Both the position numbers and the translations under genes were made by a program. Positions 13,846-28,786 of a DNA stretch of 64,000 bases are shown piece by piece (the stretch's first letter is position 1; each line of letters opens with the position of its first letter). The notes below the pieces were generated by a model. It was not told where the DNA came from, searched no databases, and was given only the letters and a program-made list of their open reading frames with translations. The DNA is from Camelus ferus (lineage: Eukaryota): NCBI RefSeq assembly GCF_009834535.1, contig NC_045696.1, positions 109,060,001 to 109,124,000 on the forward strand. The letters run 5' to 3'.

Positions 13846-14127
13846 CTGTAAAAATACTCAGAAAAAAGTCAGATGTTATTACAATTTTTCTATTTTATAA
13901 GAAAAGGAAGCCAGGGAGTCAGACCATAAGCTACATAACAGGCACAAGATTAATAAGGCCTGTTATTAATACTAGATTCTGTTATTAATATCAGTATCAG
14001 ATCTATCAGTTACAGAGCAGGGAAGAAACCACAGATTTTGAAATCTGGTTCTAGGTCAATTAGTTTATTTTAAAACACACATCCACACATTTCCTCAGTT
14101 ATAGTAAATTACAATTTAAAAGCATAC

Positions 14128-14361
14128 CTCTAACAGTTTTTCAGATTCCCTCAACCTTTCTTCTTTCTGCCTCTGCTCTTGCATGACAGCCATATTGGTT
14201 CCAACCAAGTCATTGACCCTCATGGTGAGGCGCTCTATCTCCAACTCATTGGCACAAATAGTGTCGTTGGCCCGCTCCAGCTTACTGCTCAGGTGCTGAA
14301 TTTCAGACTGGCTGGACAGCTCCACAGACTCTAATTTTTGTTTCCGATTGGCAAGCTGAGC
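14128..14361 (-). CDS. CEP63: CEP63 coding exon 7 (234 nt): [52 protein letters not shown]...ESEKLLE
   Basis: Acceptor tttctag| and donor |gtatgc. Overlaps ORF 14116..14325. Confidence 0.96.
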
Positions 14362-14489
14362 CTAGAAACACACATTACCAATTGGTAAAAGTTTAAAGGT
14401 AAAAGAATAATCAATGAATAAGGAAGACTAAAATGAAACTAGGTTTTACTTCCATAAAAACATAGAGCATTAGCTCCTTAGAAATATAC

Positions 14490-16828
14490 AATGACCCATT
14501 CATGATAAAAAAAAAAATTCTCATGATTAAAAATGGGAACAGAGGGGAACTTTCTCAACTTGATAAAGACTATCTACAGAAACCAGAGAGCTAACGTTAT
14601 ACTTAATGGTGGGAAACTCAGCACTTTCCCACCAAGATCAGGTACAAGGCAAAGATGTCCCCTCATAACACTCCTTTTCAGTATCATACTGGATGTCCTT
14701 GTTAAGGCAAAAAAAGGAAATAAAAGGAATACAGATCAGGAAAGAAGACACAAAACTGTCGGTGTTCACAGATGACATGATCATCTATGTAGAAAACCTG
14801 AATCAACCTATAAAAAGAATCTCCTTCAGTTAATAAGCAATTACAGCCAGGCTGTGGGATATATGTTAATATATAAAAGTCGATCACTATATACCAACAA
14901 TGAACATGTGGAATTTAAATTAAAAGCAATACTATTTATAGTCATACCTAAGGAAATTAAATACTTAAGTATAAATCTAATAAAATATGTACAAAATCTA
15001 TATAAGAAAAACTATAAAACTCTAATGAATGAAAACAAAGAATAACTAAATAAATGAAGAGCTATTCCATGTTCATGGAAAGGAAGGCTCAATATTGTCA
15101 AGATGTTGGTTCTTCCCAATATTTATGGATTCAACATAATCCCAATTAAAATATCAGCAAGTTATTTTGTGGATGTCAACAAACTGATTCTAAAGTTCAT
15201 ATGGAGAAGTGAACATTCAGAATAGCCAATACAATGTTGAAGAAGAACAAAGTTGGATGACTGATGTTACCTAACTTTAAGATTCACTGTAAAGCTACAA
15301 TAATCAAGACAGTGTAACACTGGCAAAAGAATAGACAGATTAATAGAACAGAATATAGAGCCCAGAAATAGACCTTTATAAATATAATCAACTGATCTTT
15401 GATAAAGGAACAAAGGCAATACAATGGAGCAATGACAGTCTCTTCAACAAATGGTGCTGGAAAAACTAGACATCCAAGTGCAAAAAAAAAAAAAAAAATG
15501 AATCCAGACAAAGGCCTTACATCCTTCACAAAAATTAACTCAAAATGGATTATAAATCTAAATGTAAAATGCAAAACTAAAAACCTCTTAGAAGGTAACA
15601 CAGGAGAAAACTTAGATGACTTTGGATATAGTGATACCTTTGGAGATACAACACCAAAGACACGAGCCCTAAAAGAAATAACTGATAAAATGAAATTCAT
15701 TAAAAGTTAAAAACTTTTGCTCTGTGGAAGACAATGTCAAGAGGATGAGAAGATAAGCCACAGAGTGGGACAAAATATATCTGCAAGACACATCTGATAC
15801 TGTTACACAAAATACAAGAAGAACTCTTAAAATTCAACAGTAAGAAAATCAACAAGACCAGTAAAAAATGGGCCAAAGATCTGAACAGGCATCTCACTAA
15901 AGAAGATACACAGTGGAAAATAAACATAAGAAAAGATGATCTACATCATATGTCATCATGGAAATGCAAATTAAAACAAAAACCTATTAGAATGGTCAAA
16001 ATCTGGAACACTGGTAACACAAACGCTGGCAAGGATGTGGAGCAACTCTTACACATTGCTGGTGGGAATGCAAAATGTTATAGACATTTTGGAAGACAGT
16101 TTGTTGTTTTCTTATAAAACTTAACATATTCTTACCATATAATCCAGCACTTGTGCTTCCTGGCATTTACCCAAAGGAGTTGAAAATGTATGTCCACATA
16201 AAAACCTGCACATAGATGTTTAAAGCAGTATATTCATAACTACCAAAACTTGGAAGCAACCTAGATTTAATAGGTGAGTGGATAAATAAAATGTGGTATA
16301 TCCAGCCAATGGAATATTACTCAGTGCTAAAAAGGAATAAGCTATTAAGCCATGAAAAAACATGGAGGAGTCTTAAACTCACATTGCTAAGTGAAAGAAA
16401 CCAGTCTGAAAAGGCTATATACTATATGATGTCAACTATATGACATTTTAGAAAAGGTAAGACAATAGAGAAAATAAAAAGATCAGTGATTATGGGGAGG
16501 GGAGGCAAGGGAGAGATGAATAAGCAGGGCACAGAGGAAATTTATGGCAGTGAAAATAATCTGTATATTATAATGATGGATGTGTCATTACATATTTGTC
16601 CAAACTCATAAACCGTACAGCTCCAAGAGTGAACCCTAAAGTACACTATGGACTTTGGGTAGTTATGATGTGTCAACGTAGGTTCATCCATAGTAATAAA
16701 TGTACCATTCTGGGAGTGATGTTGATAATGGGAGAGGCTATGCATGTGTGGGAGTATACCTGAAATCTCTGTATCTCCCTCTCAATTTTATTGTAAACCT
16801 AAAACTGCTCTAAAAACTAAAGTCTTTA
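14490..16828 (+). mobile_element. Old L1 (L1MC-like) ORF2 3' part and 3'UTR
   Basis: Degenerate ORF2 peptides (SGTRQRCPL) and L1MC-type 3' end (ggactttgggt...aaaactgctctaaaa). Confidence 0.88.
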
Positions 16829-18499
16829 TATATATGTAATTAAAATATATTTTTATTTTATCAAAATATATACCTTCATTTTAAATATATATGTGTGTGT
16901 AAATATATGTATGTATATATATATAAAATAAATATCTTGAGAAAAAGGAGTAAGAAAGAATTAAAAAAGTAAGGGATCTTTCAAGAGAAGAGATGTTGCC
17001 AACCTACTGAAAAGACAGCTACACTGTTCTACCTACTGTAGAAGTTTAACTATATCCATGAGTTTCACATAGGAAAAATGGACTTATCTCCTATTTAAAA
17101 CATAGGAAATAGGAACTATACTGCATTGTTTTATTTCTCACAAAAGTACAGAAATTAAAAAATTTTTTAAAGTCATTAAAACTCTTAAATTTCCAGGCCA
17201 AATTTTCCTCTCTCCCCAGCCCAGAACATGCTGCATGCAGTTAATTATTCTGCTTTAACATTCCTTTCTTTACAAACACACATATTCCAATGATTCAAAT
17301 TGACCACAAAATGTTTAAATTGCCAGGGGAAAGGAGTGGGGAGAAGAGAATTGTAGAATTTTGTTCTTTCCGGAAAAAGGTGCTTGGAGGGGAGGAAGGA
17401 TTTGTTTCCTCATCCTTTTTAAGACATTCTCTGAGCTAAAAGACTTAACTAAATATAGTGAAATACAGTGCATCTCAAATTAGTTTCTTTCTATGACTTA
17501 TCTACCAAAGTCCACACCAATAAAACCACTTTAGCCACAGACTCAGATCTAATTTCTAGGCTATATATTCCACCGATATTGGTTTTTAGTTCCCAACTTT
17601 CTAGTTTTAATCCAGCATCTTGATAGGTACTTCATCTTTACACTGAAGACAGAAGTAAATCATTTGTTTAAGTAAAACTTCCCTTATTCTAAATATTTTT
17701 AAAAGGTAAAGTACAATTTTATTTAAGAAATTAAGCAGAACTGTCTCTGGGGAATCTATCTGTTGTGGATTTAAAGATTTTATTATATATAGCACAGGCC
17801 AAAATCCTATACTGTGGTCACATAAAGTAGATGCTCAATATGCCCATAAGCTAGAGGGTGGGAGGAAAAAGGCAAAGAGGACAGACAAACAGTGTTTATA
17901 TAAATTACAGATCCAAGATTCCTGTGTTAAGAACCAAAACAAAAATTTTCACCAGATTTCCTACAATAGTGTGAAAAAAGAACACCAAATAGGTTTAGAT
18001 AATAACTGCCAAGATAAAACTGTTTCTGAACTTTTAAAATACAATGTAAACTACCCGCCAAGAAGGGGAAATCTTACACAGAATTCTATACAGAATAAAC
18101 AAGGGAAGACACTGGTGAGGGTGGTAAGAAAGATGCCGGAGGCCAGCTTGCTAAACCTCCTGAACCCTACCTCAAACCGCACAGCAGCCCTGGGGCTTGT
18201 CAGCACACAGCCAGAACACCACTGTCCAATTAAACACGCAGGATGAAAGACAATACGTAACTGCCAAACACTAGCATTGTCTTTCTAACCCAGTAACAGC
18301 TATTTAATACTCTTCAGTTCAAGTCTGTGATCTTAAAGTAAACTAATGTTGAAGTTATACTGTAACTAAGCTACAGTTTAACCAGTGAGTCAAGGTTTGA
18401 TATTTAAAAACTAACCAACATTTAGTATTGAAATATCAAGAACGTAGCCTTCTTTTATTTTTTTTCCTTTATACTTTAAAAAAATTTTTTATCAAAGCT

Positions 18500-18656
18500 A
18501 TTTAGCTTTGTCTTTTTAAAATTCTGATTGTTTTAAATTTTGTTTTGGGGGGTAATTAGGTTTATTTATTTATTTAAATGGAGGTGCTGGGGATAGAACC
18601 CAGGACCTCAAGCATGCTAAGCATACACTCTACCGATTGAGCTATACCCTCGCCCC
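18500..18656 (-). mobile_element. Camelid SINE (vic-1 type)
   Basis: Reverse complement of the SINE head (...gctataccctcgcccc) with ggtaattaggtttattt tail. Confidence 0.88.
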
Positions 18657-18669
18657 TTCATATGTCTTT

Positions 18670-19760
18670 AATCTCTTTTCTTTGGCTGACTGCTATGCTG
18701 CTAGGACTTCCAATACTATGTTGAATAAAAGTGGTGAGGGTGGGCATCCTTGTCTTGTTCCTGATCTTAGAGGAAAAGCTTTCAGCTTTTCACAGTTGAG
18801 TATTATGCTAGCTATGGGTTTATCATATATATGGCCTTGATTATATTGAGGTATATATGCCCTCTACACCTACTTTCTTGTGAGTTCTTATCATTAATGT
18901 ATGTTGTCAAATACTTTTTCTCCATCTATTGAGATGATCATATGACTTTCTCACTTGTTTTGTTAATGTGGTGTATCATGTTGATTGACTTATAGATATT
19001 GACCTATCCTTGTATCTATGAAATAAATCCCACCTGATTATGGTATATGATCCTTTTAATGTATTATTGAATTTGATTTAATAATATTTTGTTGAGGACC
19101 TTTGAATATATGTTCATCAGGGATATTGGCCTGTAATTTTCTGTTTGTTGTGTCTTCATTTGGTTTTGTATCAGTGTAATGCTGGTCTTGTAGAAGAGTT
19201 AGGAAGTGTAGGAACACTTTCTCTTCAATTTTTTTAGAACAATTTGAGAAGGATGGGTATTAACTCTTATTTAAATGTTTAGTATAATTTACTTTCGAAA
19301 GTCCTAGACTTTTGTTAGTTTTTTGATTACTGATCCAATTTCATTACTAGTGATTGATTTATTCAGATTTTCTATTTTCTTCCTGATTCATCCCTATAAG
19401 ATTGAAATTTTCTAGGAATTTATCCATTTCTTCTAGGTTTTCCAATTTGTTGGCATATAATTGTTCACAGCAGTCTCTTATGATCCTTTGTATTTTCGTG
19501 GGGTCTGTTGTAACCCCTTTCATTTCTGATTTTATTTATTTGCACCTTTCTTTTTCTATTGATGAATCAGGCTAAAGGTTTATCAAGTTATCTTTTCATA
19601 GTACCAGTTCTTAGTTTCATTGATCTTTTCGACTGTCTTCTTAGCCTCTATTTCATTTATTTCTGGTCTGATTTTTATTATTTTCTTCCCTCTATTAACT
19701 TTGAGCTATATTTATTCTCCATTCTCTAGTTCCTTTAAGTGTAAGCTTAGACTGTTTATG
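18670..19760 (-). mobile_element. L1 ORF2 internal fragment
   Basis: Antisense peptide [31 protein letters not shown], typical of the L1 ORF2 RT region read on the opposite strand. Confidence 0.88.
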
Positions 19761-20944
19761 TGCTGGCCACAGCCCTGCAGCATTTCCACTAAGTAGCCAC
19801 TTGAAGAGCCAGCCCATTCAGAGTACAGCTCCCAGTAAGATCCTCTTATCACTGTTGTGTCTGTGTCATCATAAACTTTTCAACAGTAGGTCTGAGCCAA
19901 TTCAATTGACTCTGTGATAATTCTACCAAGACAACAGATTAACACTGAAGTTATAATCATCTTTTCTTCAAAAGGAAAATGATGCTTTTAAAAATAAAAT
20001 ACATACTTAAACATATATATATATAGAGAGAGAAAACAGTGGATTTAAAACTAACTTGAACAATATCATATATAGCTCATCTAAATAGTTCTAAAGGAAA
20101 ACATATTTAATACAACCTCTACTTTTCCATAATCCACTTACCAGCTAAACATTTTACAGCCAGTGCTGACTTATTATGTCCCTGAATGTTTCCTTTTCAC
20201 TCTTGTTATTTGGACAGGAGGGAAAGTAGCAGGTGATTCCCTGCCTTCTAAACAGAAATGACGTTTGTTTTAGTGCCTATACTTATCTTTTCTGATGCTT
20301 ATATAACCATCATTTTGTCATTGCATCTAATAATATCATGTTGTTTAACAGCTGTATTTTTCAATTTAATACATTTTAATTTTGATGGAATAAACATTAC
20401 CCTTCCTCTTCTTTTAAAAAATGTTGCCTAGTAGTATTCATTTATTCTTCCATATGAATTTTAGAATCATTCTGTAAAGTTCTCAAAATGTAGCAGTCAA
20501 TAAATTATGTGGTTAACCATTTGGGAAAAAAACAAATTTAGACCCCCTATTAAATACCTTACATCAAAAGAATTTTCATATCAAATTCATAAAAAAATTA
20601 CAAAGCATTAGAAAAAATTTTGGCTTAGGTAAGGTTTTACAGAATGACATCAAAGATAAAAACCTTAAAGAAAAAAGTAATAGAATTAAGCAATTCTAAA
20701 TGTTTATAAAACAACTGTATTTCCATAAAAATTACTGGGCAAAATTAAGGTACACTGGAAAACCACACAATTTCAAAAAAAATCAAAGAGTTAATATATT
20801 TAATGCATGAAGAGTTCTTTCAAAACAGTAAAACATAAATATCCTTTAAAAAATGAGCAAAGGACAAATATACAGAAAAAAATGAAAATGGCCATAAGTA
20901 GATGACAAAATTCTCAATCTCAGTCATAATTAAAGAAATGCAAA

Positions 20945-23900
20945 GGTGAAGAGCCAAGATGGTGGAATGGAAAGACCCTGAGCTCACCTCCTCTCATGAG
21001 CACACCAAAATCACAACTATCTGCAGAAGAACCACTGATGAAAGAGACTGGAATTACCAGAAAAGATCTTCTACAACTAAAGACATAAAGAAGGAACCAC
21101 AATAAGAGGGCTAAGAGGGGTGGACTCACAATATAATCAAGTCCTATACCCCTGGGTGGAGAACCCACAAGCTGGAAAATAATTATAACACAAGGGTTCT
21201 CCCACAGAAGTGAGAGTTCTGAGCCCCAAGTCAGGCTCCACAGCCCAGGGATCCTGCACTGGGAAGATGATCCCTCAGAGTATTTGGCTTTGAAAGCCAG
21301 TGGGGCTTAATTCCAGAAGCCCCACAGAAATGCAGGAAACAGCAAACTTTACCCTTAAAGGGTGTACACAAAATCTTACACACACCGGGGACCCACGGTA
21401 AAAGCAGTTATTTGATAGAAGCCTGGGCCAACCTACCTGCTGGTCTTGGAACGTCTCCTGGAGAGGTGGGGGACAACTGCAGCTCATCCTGGGGACACAG
21501 ACACTGGTATCAGCCATAATTGGGAACACATTCTATTATGTGAACACTGCTGCTGGTGGCTGACATCTTGGCTCCTTAGCACCAAGACCTGACCTCCCCA
21601 GTAGTCTGTAGGCACCAGTGCTGGGATGCCTCAGGCCAAACAACTGGGTGGGGACACAGCCCCACTCATCAGCAGACAGGCTGCCTAAAGACTTCCTGAG
21701 CCCATGGCCACCTCTAGATATGCCCCTAGACACACGGCTCTGCCCACCAGAGGGCAGAAACTGGCCTTGCCCTCCAGTAAGCATGCATTAGCCTCTAGAC
21801 CAACCTCACCCACCATCAGCGGACAGGCACCAGACCCCAGAATACTACGATACCACATTAGTAAGAATACTAATAGCCTGCAGACCCAGCCCCCTCACAG
21901 TAGGCCAGACTCTACCCTGAGAACAGCTGTCCCTGGCCCTGTATGCTAGCAGGCCAATGCAAGCCTCAGGACACCCCAAACAACATACCCAACTGTGTGA
22001 GGAACCAGCCACCCCAAACAATTATCTGAAATGAGCTCTGGGATCCCTGGGTCCTGTAGCCAGATTTCAGGAACCAGCTCTGCCTGCCAGTAGTCCAGCA
22101 CTAACCCAAGGACCTGGCTACACCCACGAGTGGGCAGGCAACAGCCCCAGAGCCTCTGGGACCCTGACTTGGCCCACCAGTGAGCCAGTACTAGCCCAGG
22201 GGCCCCCTAGGGTTCTGGAGCCAGCCGCCTCGTGACCAGGCCCCACTAAACAGCAGACCACAACATCTGTACAAGGTAGGGCCTAGCAACCTACTGGGAC
22301 TAGGGGCCAGACAAGCCTACCAGGACACCCACACAGCCCACCACAACAGAAGGACCCATGCGGCACTCTTAGGGGGAACATCTAGAGCATATACCTTGGG
22401 TAATGAAAGGGGAATATACTGCAGGGATGCACAGGACGATCCTACAGGAGGCCATTTCTCAAAGGTTGAGAAATGTAACTAACCTACCACATATGTAAAA
22501 ATACAAATAGCAACTTAGACAAAATGAGGTGGCAGAGGAACATGTTCTAGATGAAGGAACAAGATCAAACCCAGCAGAAGAATTAAGTGAAGTGGAAACA
22601 GGCAATCTACCAAAGAAAGATTTCAGAGTAATGATGATGAAGATGATCAAAGAACTTGGGAGAAGAATGGATGCACAGGGCAAAAAATTAGAAGTTTTAA
22701 ACAAAGAGTTAGAAAATATAAAGAACAATTAAAAAGAGACAAATAAAATAACTGAAATGAAAAATCACTAGAAGGAATCAACAGTAGAATAAATGATACA
22801 GAGAAACAGATCAGTGAGCTGGAAAAAAGAGTAGTGGAAATCACTGCTGCTGAACAGAAAAAAGAAAAAAAAAAAAGAACGAAAAAAAATGAGGACAATT
22901 TAAGAGACCCCTGGGATGGCATCAAGCTCACTAATACTCACATTATAGGGGTCTCAGGAGAAGAAAAGAGAGGGAAAGGGCCTGAGAACATATTTAAGAA
23001 CATAAAAGCTGAAAACATCCCTAACCTGGGGAAGAAAAAATCCAGCTAAGCCCAGGAAGGGCAGACAGTCCCAAATAGGATCAACCCAAAGAGGACCACA
23101 CCAAGACACAATGTAATCAAAATGACAAAAATTAAAGATAAAGAGAGCATATTAAAAGTAGCAAGGGAAGAGCAACAAGTAACATACAAGGGAACTCCCA
23201 CAAGGCTATCAGCAAAAACTCTGCAGGCTGGAAGGGAGTGGCATGATATATTTAAGGTGATGAAAGGGAAAAACCTACAACCAAGGATACTCTACTCAGC
23301 AAGGCTCTCATTCAGATTTGATGGAGAAATCAAAAGCTTTAGAGACAAGCAAAAGCTAAAAGATTATAGCACCACCAAGCCAGCTGTACAACAAATGTTA
23401 AAGGACCTTCTCCAGGTAGAAAAGAAAAAAACCATAACTAGAAACAAGAAAATTATGAAATGAAAAAGCTCACTGGTAAAGGCAAAGATACAGTAAAGGT
23501 AGGAAATCACTTACAAAGCTAGTAGGGAGGTAAAAAGACAAAAAGTAGTAAAGTCATCTATACCCACAATAAGCAGTTAAGGGATACACAAAACAATTAG
23601 ATGTAAAATATGATATCAAAAACAGTAATCGTGAAGGGACAAGAGTACAAATACAAGGTTTTAAAAATGCACTTGAAATTAAGAGATCAGCAACTTAAAA
23701 GAATCACATACACAGACTGCTATATAAAAGCCTCATGGTAACCACAAATCAAAAATCTAGAGCAGACATACACATAAAAAAGAAAAAGGAATCCAAACAT
23801 AATGCTAAAGAAAGTCATCAAATCACAAGAAAAGAGAATAAAAGAAAAAGTGGGGGAAGGGGTGGAAAGACCTACACAAAACAAAACCAAAACAATTCAA

Positions 23901-26509
23901 AGTGGCAATAAGAACATACATACTGATAATTACCTTAAAGTAAATGGACTAAATGCTGCAACCAAAAGACAGACTGGGTGAATGGATACAATAATAAGAC
24001 CCATATATATGCTGCCTACAAGAGACTCACTTCAGATCTAGAAACACATACAGACTGAAAGTGAGGGGATGGAAAAGGTATTACAGGCAAATGGAAATCA
24101 AAAGAAAGCAAGAGTATCAACACTTAGACAAAACAGACTCTAAAATGAAGACTGTTACAAGAGACAAAGGACACTATATAATGATCCAGGGATCAATCCA
24201 AAAATAAGATAACAATGGCAAATATATACACCCAACATAGGAGCACCTTAATATATAAGGCAAATATTAACAGACATTAAAGGAGAAATTGACAGTAACA
24301 CAATAGTGAGGACTTTAACACCCCACTTACATCAATGGACAAATCATCTAGACAGAAAATAAGGAACCTCAGGCCTTAAATAACAAACAGACCAAATAGA
24401 CTTCACTGATATATAGACAGCATTCCACCTGGAAGCAACAGAATACACATTCTTTTCAAGTGCACATGGACCATTCTCCACAGCAGATCACATGCTGGGC
24501 CACAAACCACAACTGGGTAGATTTAAGAAAACTGAAATCATATCAAGCATCTTTTCCGACCACAACACTATGAGACTAGAGATCAACTACAAGAGAAAAC
24601 ACTGCAAAAAACCACAAATACAAGGTGCTAAACAATATGCTACTAAACAACCAATGGATCACTGAAGAAATCAAAGAGGAAACATAATAGTACCTAGAGA
24701 CAAGTGAAAACAAAAACACGAGGATCCAAAACCTATGGGACACAATAAAAGCAGTTCTAAATGGGAAGTTTATAGCAATGCAAGCTTACCTCAGGAAATA
24801 GGAAAAAATCTCAAATAAACAACCTAACCTTATACCTAAAGCAACTAGAGAAAGAAGAAATATAATCTAAAGTTACTAGAATGAAAGAAATCATAAAGAT
24901 CAGAGCAGAAATAAATGAAAGAGACTGAAAAAAAAATAGAAGAGATCAATGAAACTGAAAACTGATTCTTTGAAAAGATAAAACTGATAAATCTTTAACC
25001 AGTCTCATAAATGGGGGGGGCCTCAAATCAATAAAATCAGAATGAAAACAAACAAGTTACAACCAACATCACAGAAGTACAAAGGATCTTAAGAGACTAC
25101 TAACGAGCAACTATACATCAATAAAATGAGCAACTTAGAAGAAATGGACAAATACTTAGAAAGGTAAAATCTTCCAAGACTGAACCAAGAAGAAAATAGA
25201 AAATATGAACAGACCAATTATCAGTAATGAAATTGAATAATTTTAAAACTCCCAACAAACAGAAGTCCAAGACCAGATGGCTTCACAGGTAAATTCTACC
25301 AAACATTTAAAGAAGAGTTACCACCTATCCTTCTGAAACTATTCCAAAAAACTGCAGAGGAAGGAACAGTTTCAGACTTTGTCTATGAGGCGAACATCAC
25401 TCTGATACCAAAACCAGACAAGATATCACAGACACACAAAAAGAAAATTACAGGCCAGTATCACTGATGAACATTGATGCAAAAATCCTCAACAAAATAC
25501 TAGCAAACTGAATCCAACAATATATTAAAAAAGATTATACAGCATGATCAAGTAGAATCTATACCCAGGATACAAGGACTTTTCGAATATCCACAAATCA
25601 ATCAATGTGATATACCACATTAACAAACTGAAGAATAAAAACCATATGATCATCTCAACAGGCGCAGAAAAAGTTTTTGATAAAATCCAACATCGATTTA
25701 TGATAAAAAAGTCTCCAGAAAGTGGGCACTGAGGAAACATATCTCAACATAATAAAGGCCATATATGACAAACTCTCAACTAACATCATGCTAAAAAAAG
25801 GAAAAGTTGAAAGCATTTCCTTTAAGATCAGGAACAAAACAAGGATGCCCACTCTCACAGTTTTTATTCAACATAGTATTGGAAGTTCTAGCCATAGCAT
25901 TCAGACAAGGAAAAGAGATAAAAAGAAATTCAAATTGGAAAGGAAGAAGTAAGACTGTCACTGTTTGCAGATTACATGTTACCATACATAGAAAATCCTA
26001 AAGATGCCACCAGAAAACTACTAGAGCTCATCAATGAATTCAGTAAAGTTGCAGGATACAAATTTAATATACAGAAATCTATTGCATTTCTATACACTAA
26101 CAACATGCAGCAGAAAGAAAAATTAAGAAAACAATCACATTTACCATTACATCAAAAAGAATCAAATACCTAAGGAATAAATCTACCTAAGGAGTCAAAA
26201 GATCTGTACTACAAAAACTGTAAGACATTGATGAAAGAAACTGAAGATGACACAGATGGAAAGATATACTGCGTTCTTAGACTGGAAGAATCAATATTGT
26301 TAAAATCACCATACTACCCAAGGCAATATGGAGATTCAATGCAATCCCTATCAAATTACCAATGATATTTTTCACAGAACTGTAACAAAAAATGTTAAAA
26401 TTTTATGGAAACACAAAAAACCCCCAACAGCCAAAACAATCTTGAGAAAGAAGAATCGAGCTGTGGGAATCATGCTCCCTGACTTCAGACTATACTACAA
26501 AGCTACAGT
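20945..26509 (+). mobile_element. Near full-length L1 (5'UTR 20945-~22520, ORF1 ~22524-23463, ORF2 from ~23902), cut by the assembly gap; inactivated
   Basis: 5' end gagccaagatgg. ORF1 peptides (KGTPTRLSA, LQPRILYSARLSF) and EN and RT remnants with many stops and frameshifts. Inserted into an older L1 fragment at ~20520-20944. Confidence 0.95.
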
Positions 26510-26609
26510 NNNNNNNNNNNNNNNNNNNNNNNNNNNNNNNNNNNNNNNNNNNNNNNNNNNNNNNNNNNNNNNNNNNNNNNNNNNNNNNNNNNNNNNNNNN
26601 NNNNNNNNN
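26510..26609. other. Assembly gap (exactly 100 N)
   Basis: Run of N seen directly. Confidence 0.99.
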
Positions 26610-27472
26610 CGTAGGGACTATATCCTAATCTTACACTTGATGAGACAAGCTGAGAGGTTAAATTATTTGTCCAAGGCCATTCAGCTGAAAAAAGGCACAG
26701 CCAGGACTCCAAATTCCTTACTTGTTTCATTAGGTCTACCTGCTCTGCAGGGCATTAGAAGGTAACAGCAGCAGAAATGTCCATTAAAACCAATCCAATC
26801 CCAACAGCATCATCAGAAAATACATAAAGCACTCACTTATGAAACGAGTTGTTTATACTCGTACTCCCCCCAAGTATAACCTGCAGATGGCCTGGAGCTG
26901 GTCACAACAACAATGAACATGAGATAAGAACCTTGAAGTAGAATGTAAATCAACTCTGTCACAAATCACACTGTTTAGTGCAACTGACATTTTTGTACAG
27001 CAAAACTTTCTATGAAGTGAAAGATACAATGTACTGATTTACATTCTGGTACAAACCTTTTATCTCACCATGGATCTTTCAACTGAGTAGCACTGGTTTA
27101 TAGCACAGGACTAACTGCTTCTAGGTCTGAAACGTTCAAACAAATAAATGTGACAAGAACTTAAAGCCCTATATTCTAGTTTTTCTATCATGTGCTGTTC
27201 AAAGTAGATTATAAACATGTTATTACCAGTAACGGTGAAGTTACAATTTCACAGACAAACTCTATGGAATAGGTTCCTATTACTAGTGTTTGGTAAAAGC
27301 ACTTTACCTCTAGAAACTGAATCAACTTTGAGCAACCCAATCAATGAAGCAGCAAAACTACCAGACAGCTACATTTTTAAATATCTTTTACGTCCCCAGG
27401 CCAAACTTGTAATCTACAAATCCTTACCACAGAACCTATCTACCCAATCCCTTTCATTCTCTTTAAGGTGTT

Positions 27473-27900
27473 AAATACCTCGGAGACACTGCAGGTTCCT
27501 TCCAGACCACCACAAAACAGCAAATACTGCAACAAAGTGAGTCACATGAATTTTTCAGTTTCCTAGTGCATATAAATGTTATGTTTATACTGTACTGTAG
27601 TCTACTAAGTGTGCAAGAGCATTATGTCTAAAAAACAATGCACATATCTTAATTAAGAAGTACTTTATTGCTAAAAACAGAAAAAAGGCTAACCACCATG
27701 TGAATCTTCACTGAGTCATAATCCTTATGCTTGTGGAGGGTTTGAAATACTATAGGAATTACCAAAATTTGATAGAGACATGAAGTAAACGGGTGCCAAG
27801 AGACTTGTTTGATGCAAGGATGCCACAAACTTTCAATCTGTAAAAAACACAATACTGCAAAGTGCAGGAGAGTGAAGCATAATAGAACAAGGTATGCTCA
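27473..27900 (-). mobile_element. Internally deleted Tigger1-derived DNA transposon (TcMar)
   Basis: Both Tigger1-like termini are recognisable (tacctcggaga...; ...aatagaacaaggtatgc) with no transposase. Confidence 0.8.
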
Positions 27901-28051
27901 TAATGCAGTAATGCCCTTGACATTGTAACTAACCTACAGAAATAAGTTTAAACAGTCTCCGAGTGACTAAATATTCTCATGATCACACACACACAGGAAT
28001 TTCCTTAGTGGGTTTCTAACAAAATAAATAACCTAGATATCTATATATATA

Positions 28052-28272
28052 CAGATGACCCCTGAACAACATGGGTTTGAACTGCACAGGTCTACTTATA
28101 CAGGGATATTTTTCAATAGATAAGCACTATATACAACAACATCCAAGGTTGGTTGAATCCCCGATTCAGAACTACAGATACAAGGGCCAACTGTAAAGTT
28201 ACATGCGGATTTTCGACTGCACAGGGCATTGGATGCCACTAAAGAAAGCCTGGGTTACTCAAAGATCAACTG
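28052..28272 (+). mobile_element. Tigger2-derived MITE
   Basis: TIRs cagatgacccctgaacaac / ttactcaaagatcaactg, preceded by TA. Confidence 0.8.
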
Positions 28273-28589
28273 TCCAGTGTTTTGTTTTTTTCTAGGAAAG
28301 CACTATTGCTTCAATTTACTAAACAGAATTACTTTTGTTTTGCCCCAGGAGAAATAAAGAAGTAGTAACTAAAGTTGCTAGACAAGGAGAACTGACCCTA
28401 CCTAAATCATCATTTAAAAAAAATCAAATTATCAGTCCATGTACTTTTTTTTTTATCACCTTTTATACATCTGCATGAGGTATAATTTTAAAATATATTC
28501 TCAAAAGTCTACCCAAATTTTAAAATAAATTGGTTTAGCAAGTGACATTCTCAGAACACTGAATCCAAAATGGCCAATATTGCTATGTA

Positions 28590-28786
28590 CAGTTGAGCCT
28601 TGAACAACATGGTTTAACTGCATGGGTCCACCTACATGTGGATTTTTTTCAATAATAATACAGTACTACATGAATTCTCAAGTATGGAATCACAGATAAG
28701 GAGGGTTGACTGTAAAGTTAAATGTGGATTTTCAAGTGTGTTGGGGGTCAATGCCCCTAACCCCCACATTGTTCCAGGGTCAACTG
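28590..28786 (+). mobile_element. Tigger2-derived MITE (second copy)
   Basis: TIRs cagttgagccttgaacaac / attgttccagggtcaactg, preceded by TA. Homologous to 28052-28272. Confidence 0.82.

Noticed and set aside
20945..26509. Active autonomous L1 or novel reverse-transcriptase system
   Set aside because: ORF1 and ORF2 are broken by many stops and frameshifts. All RT-like peptides in the window are ordinary L1 ORF2 remnants.
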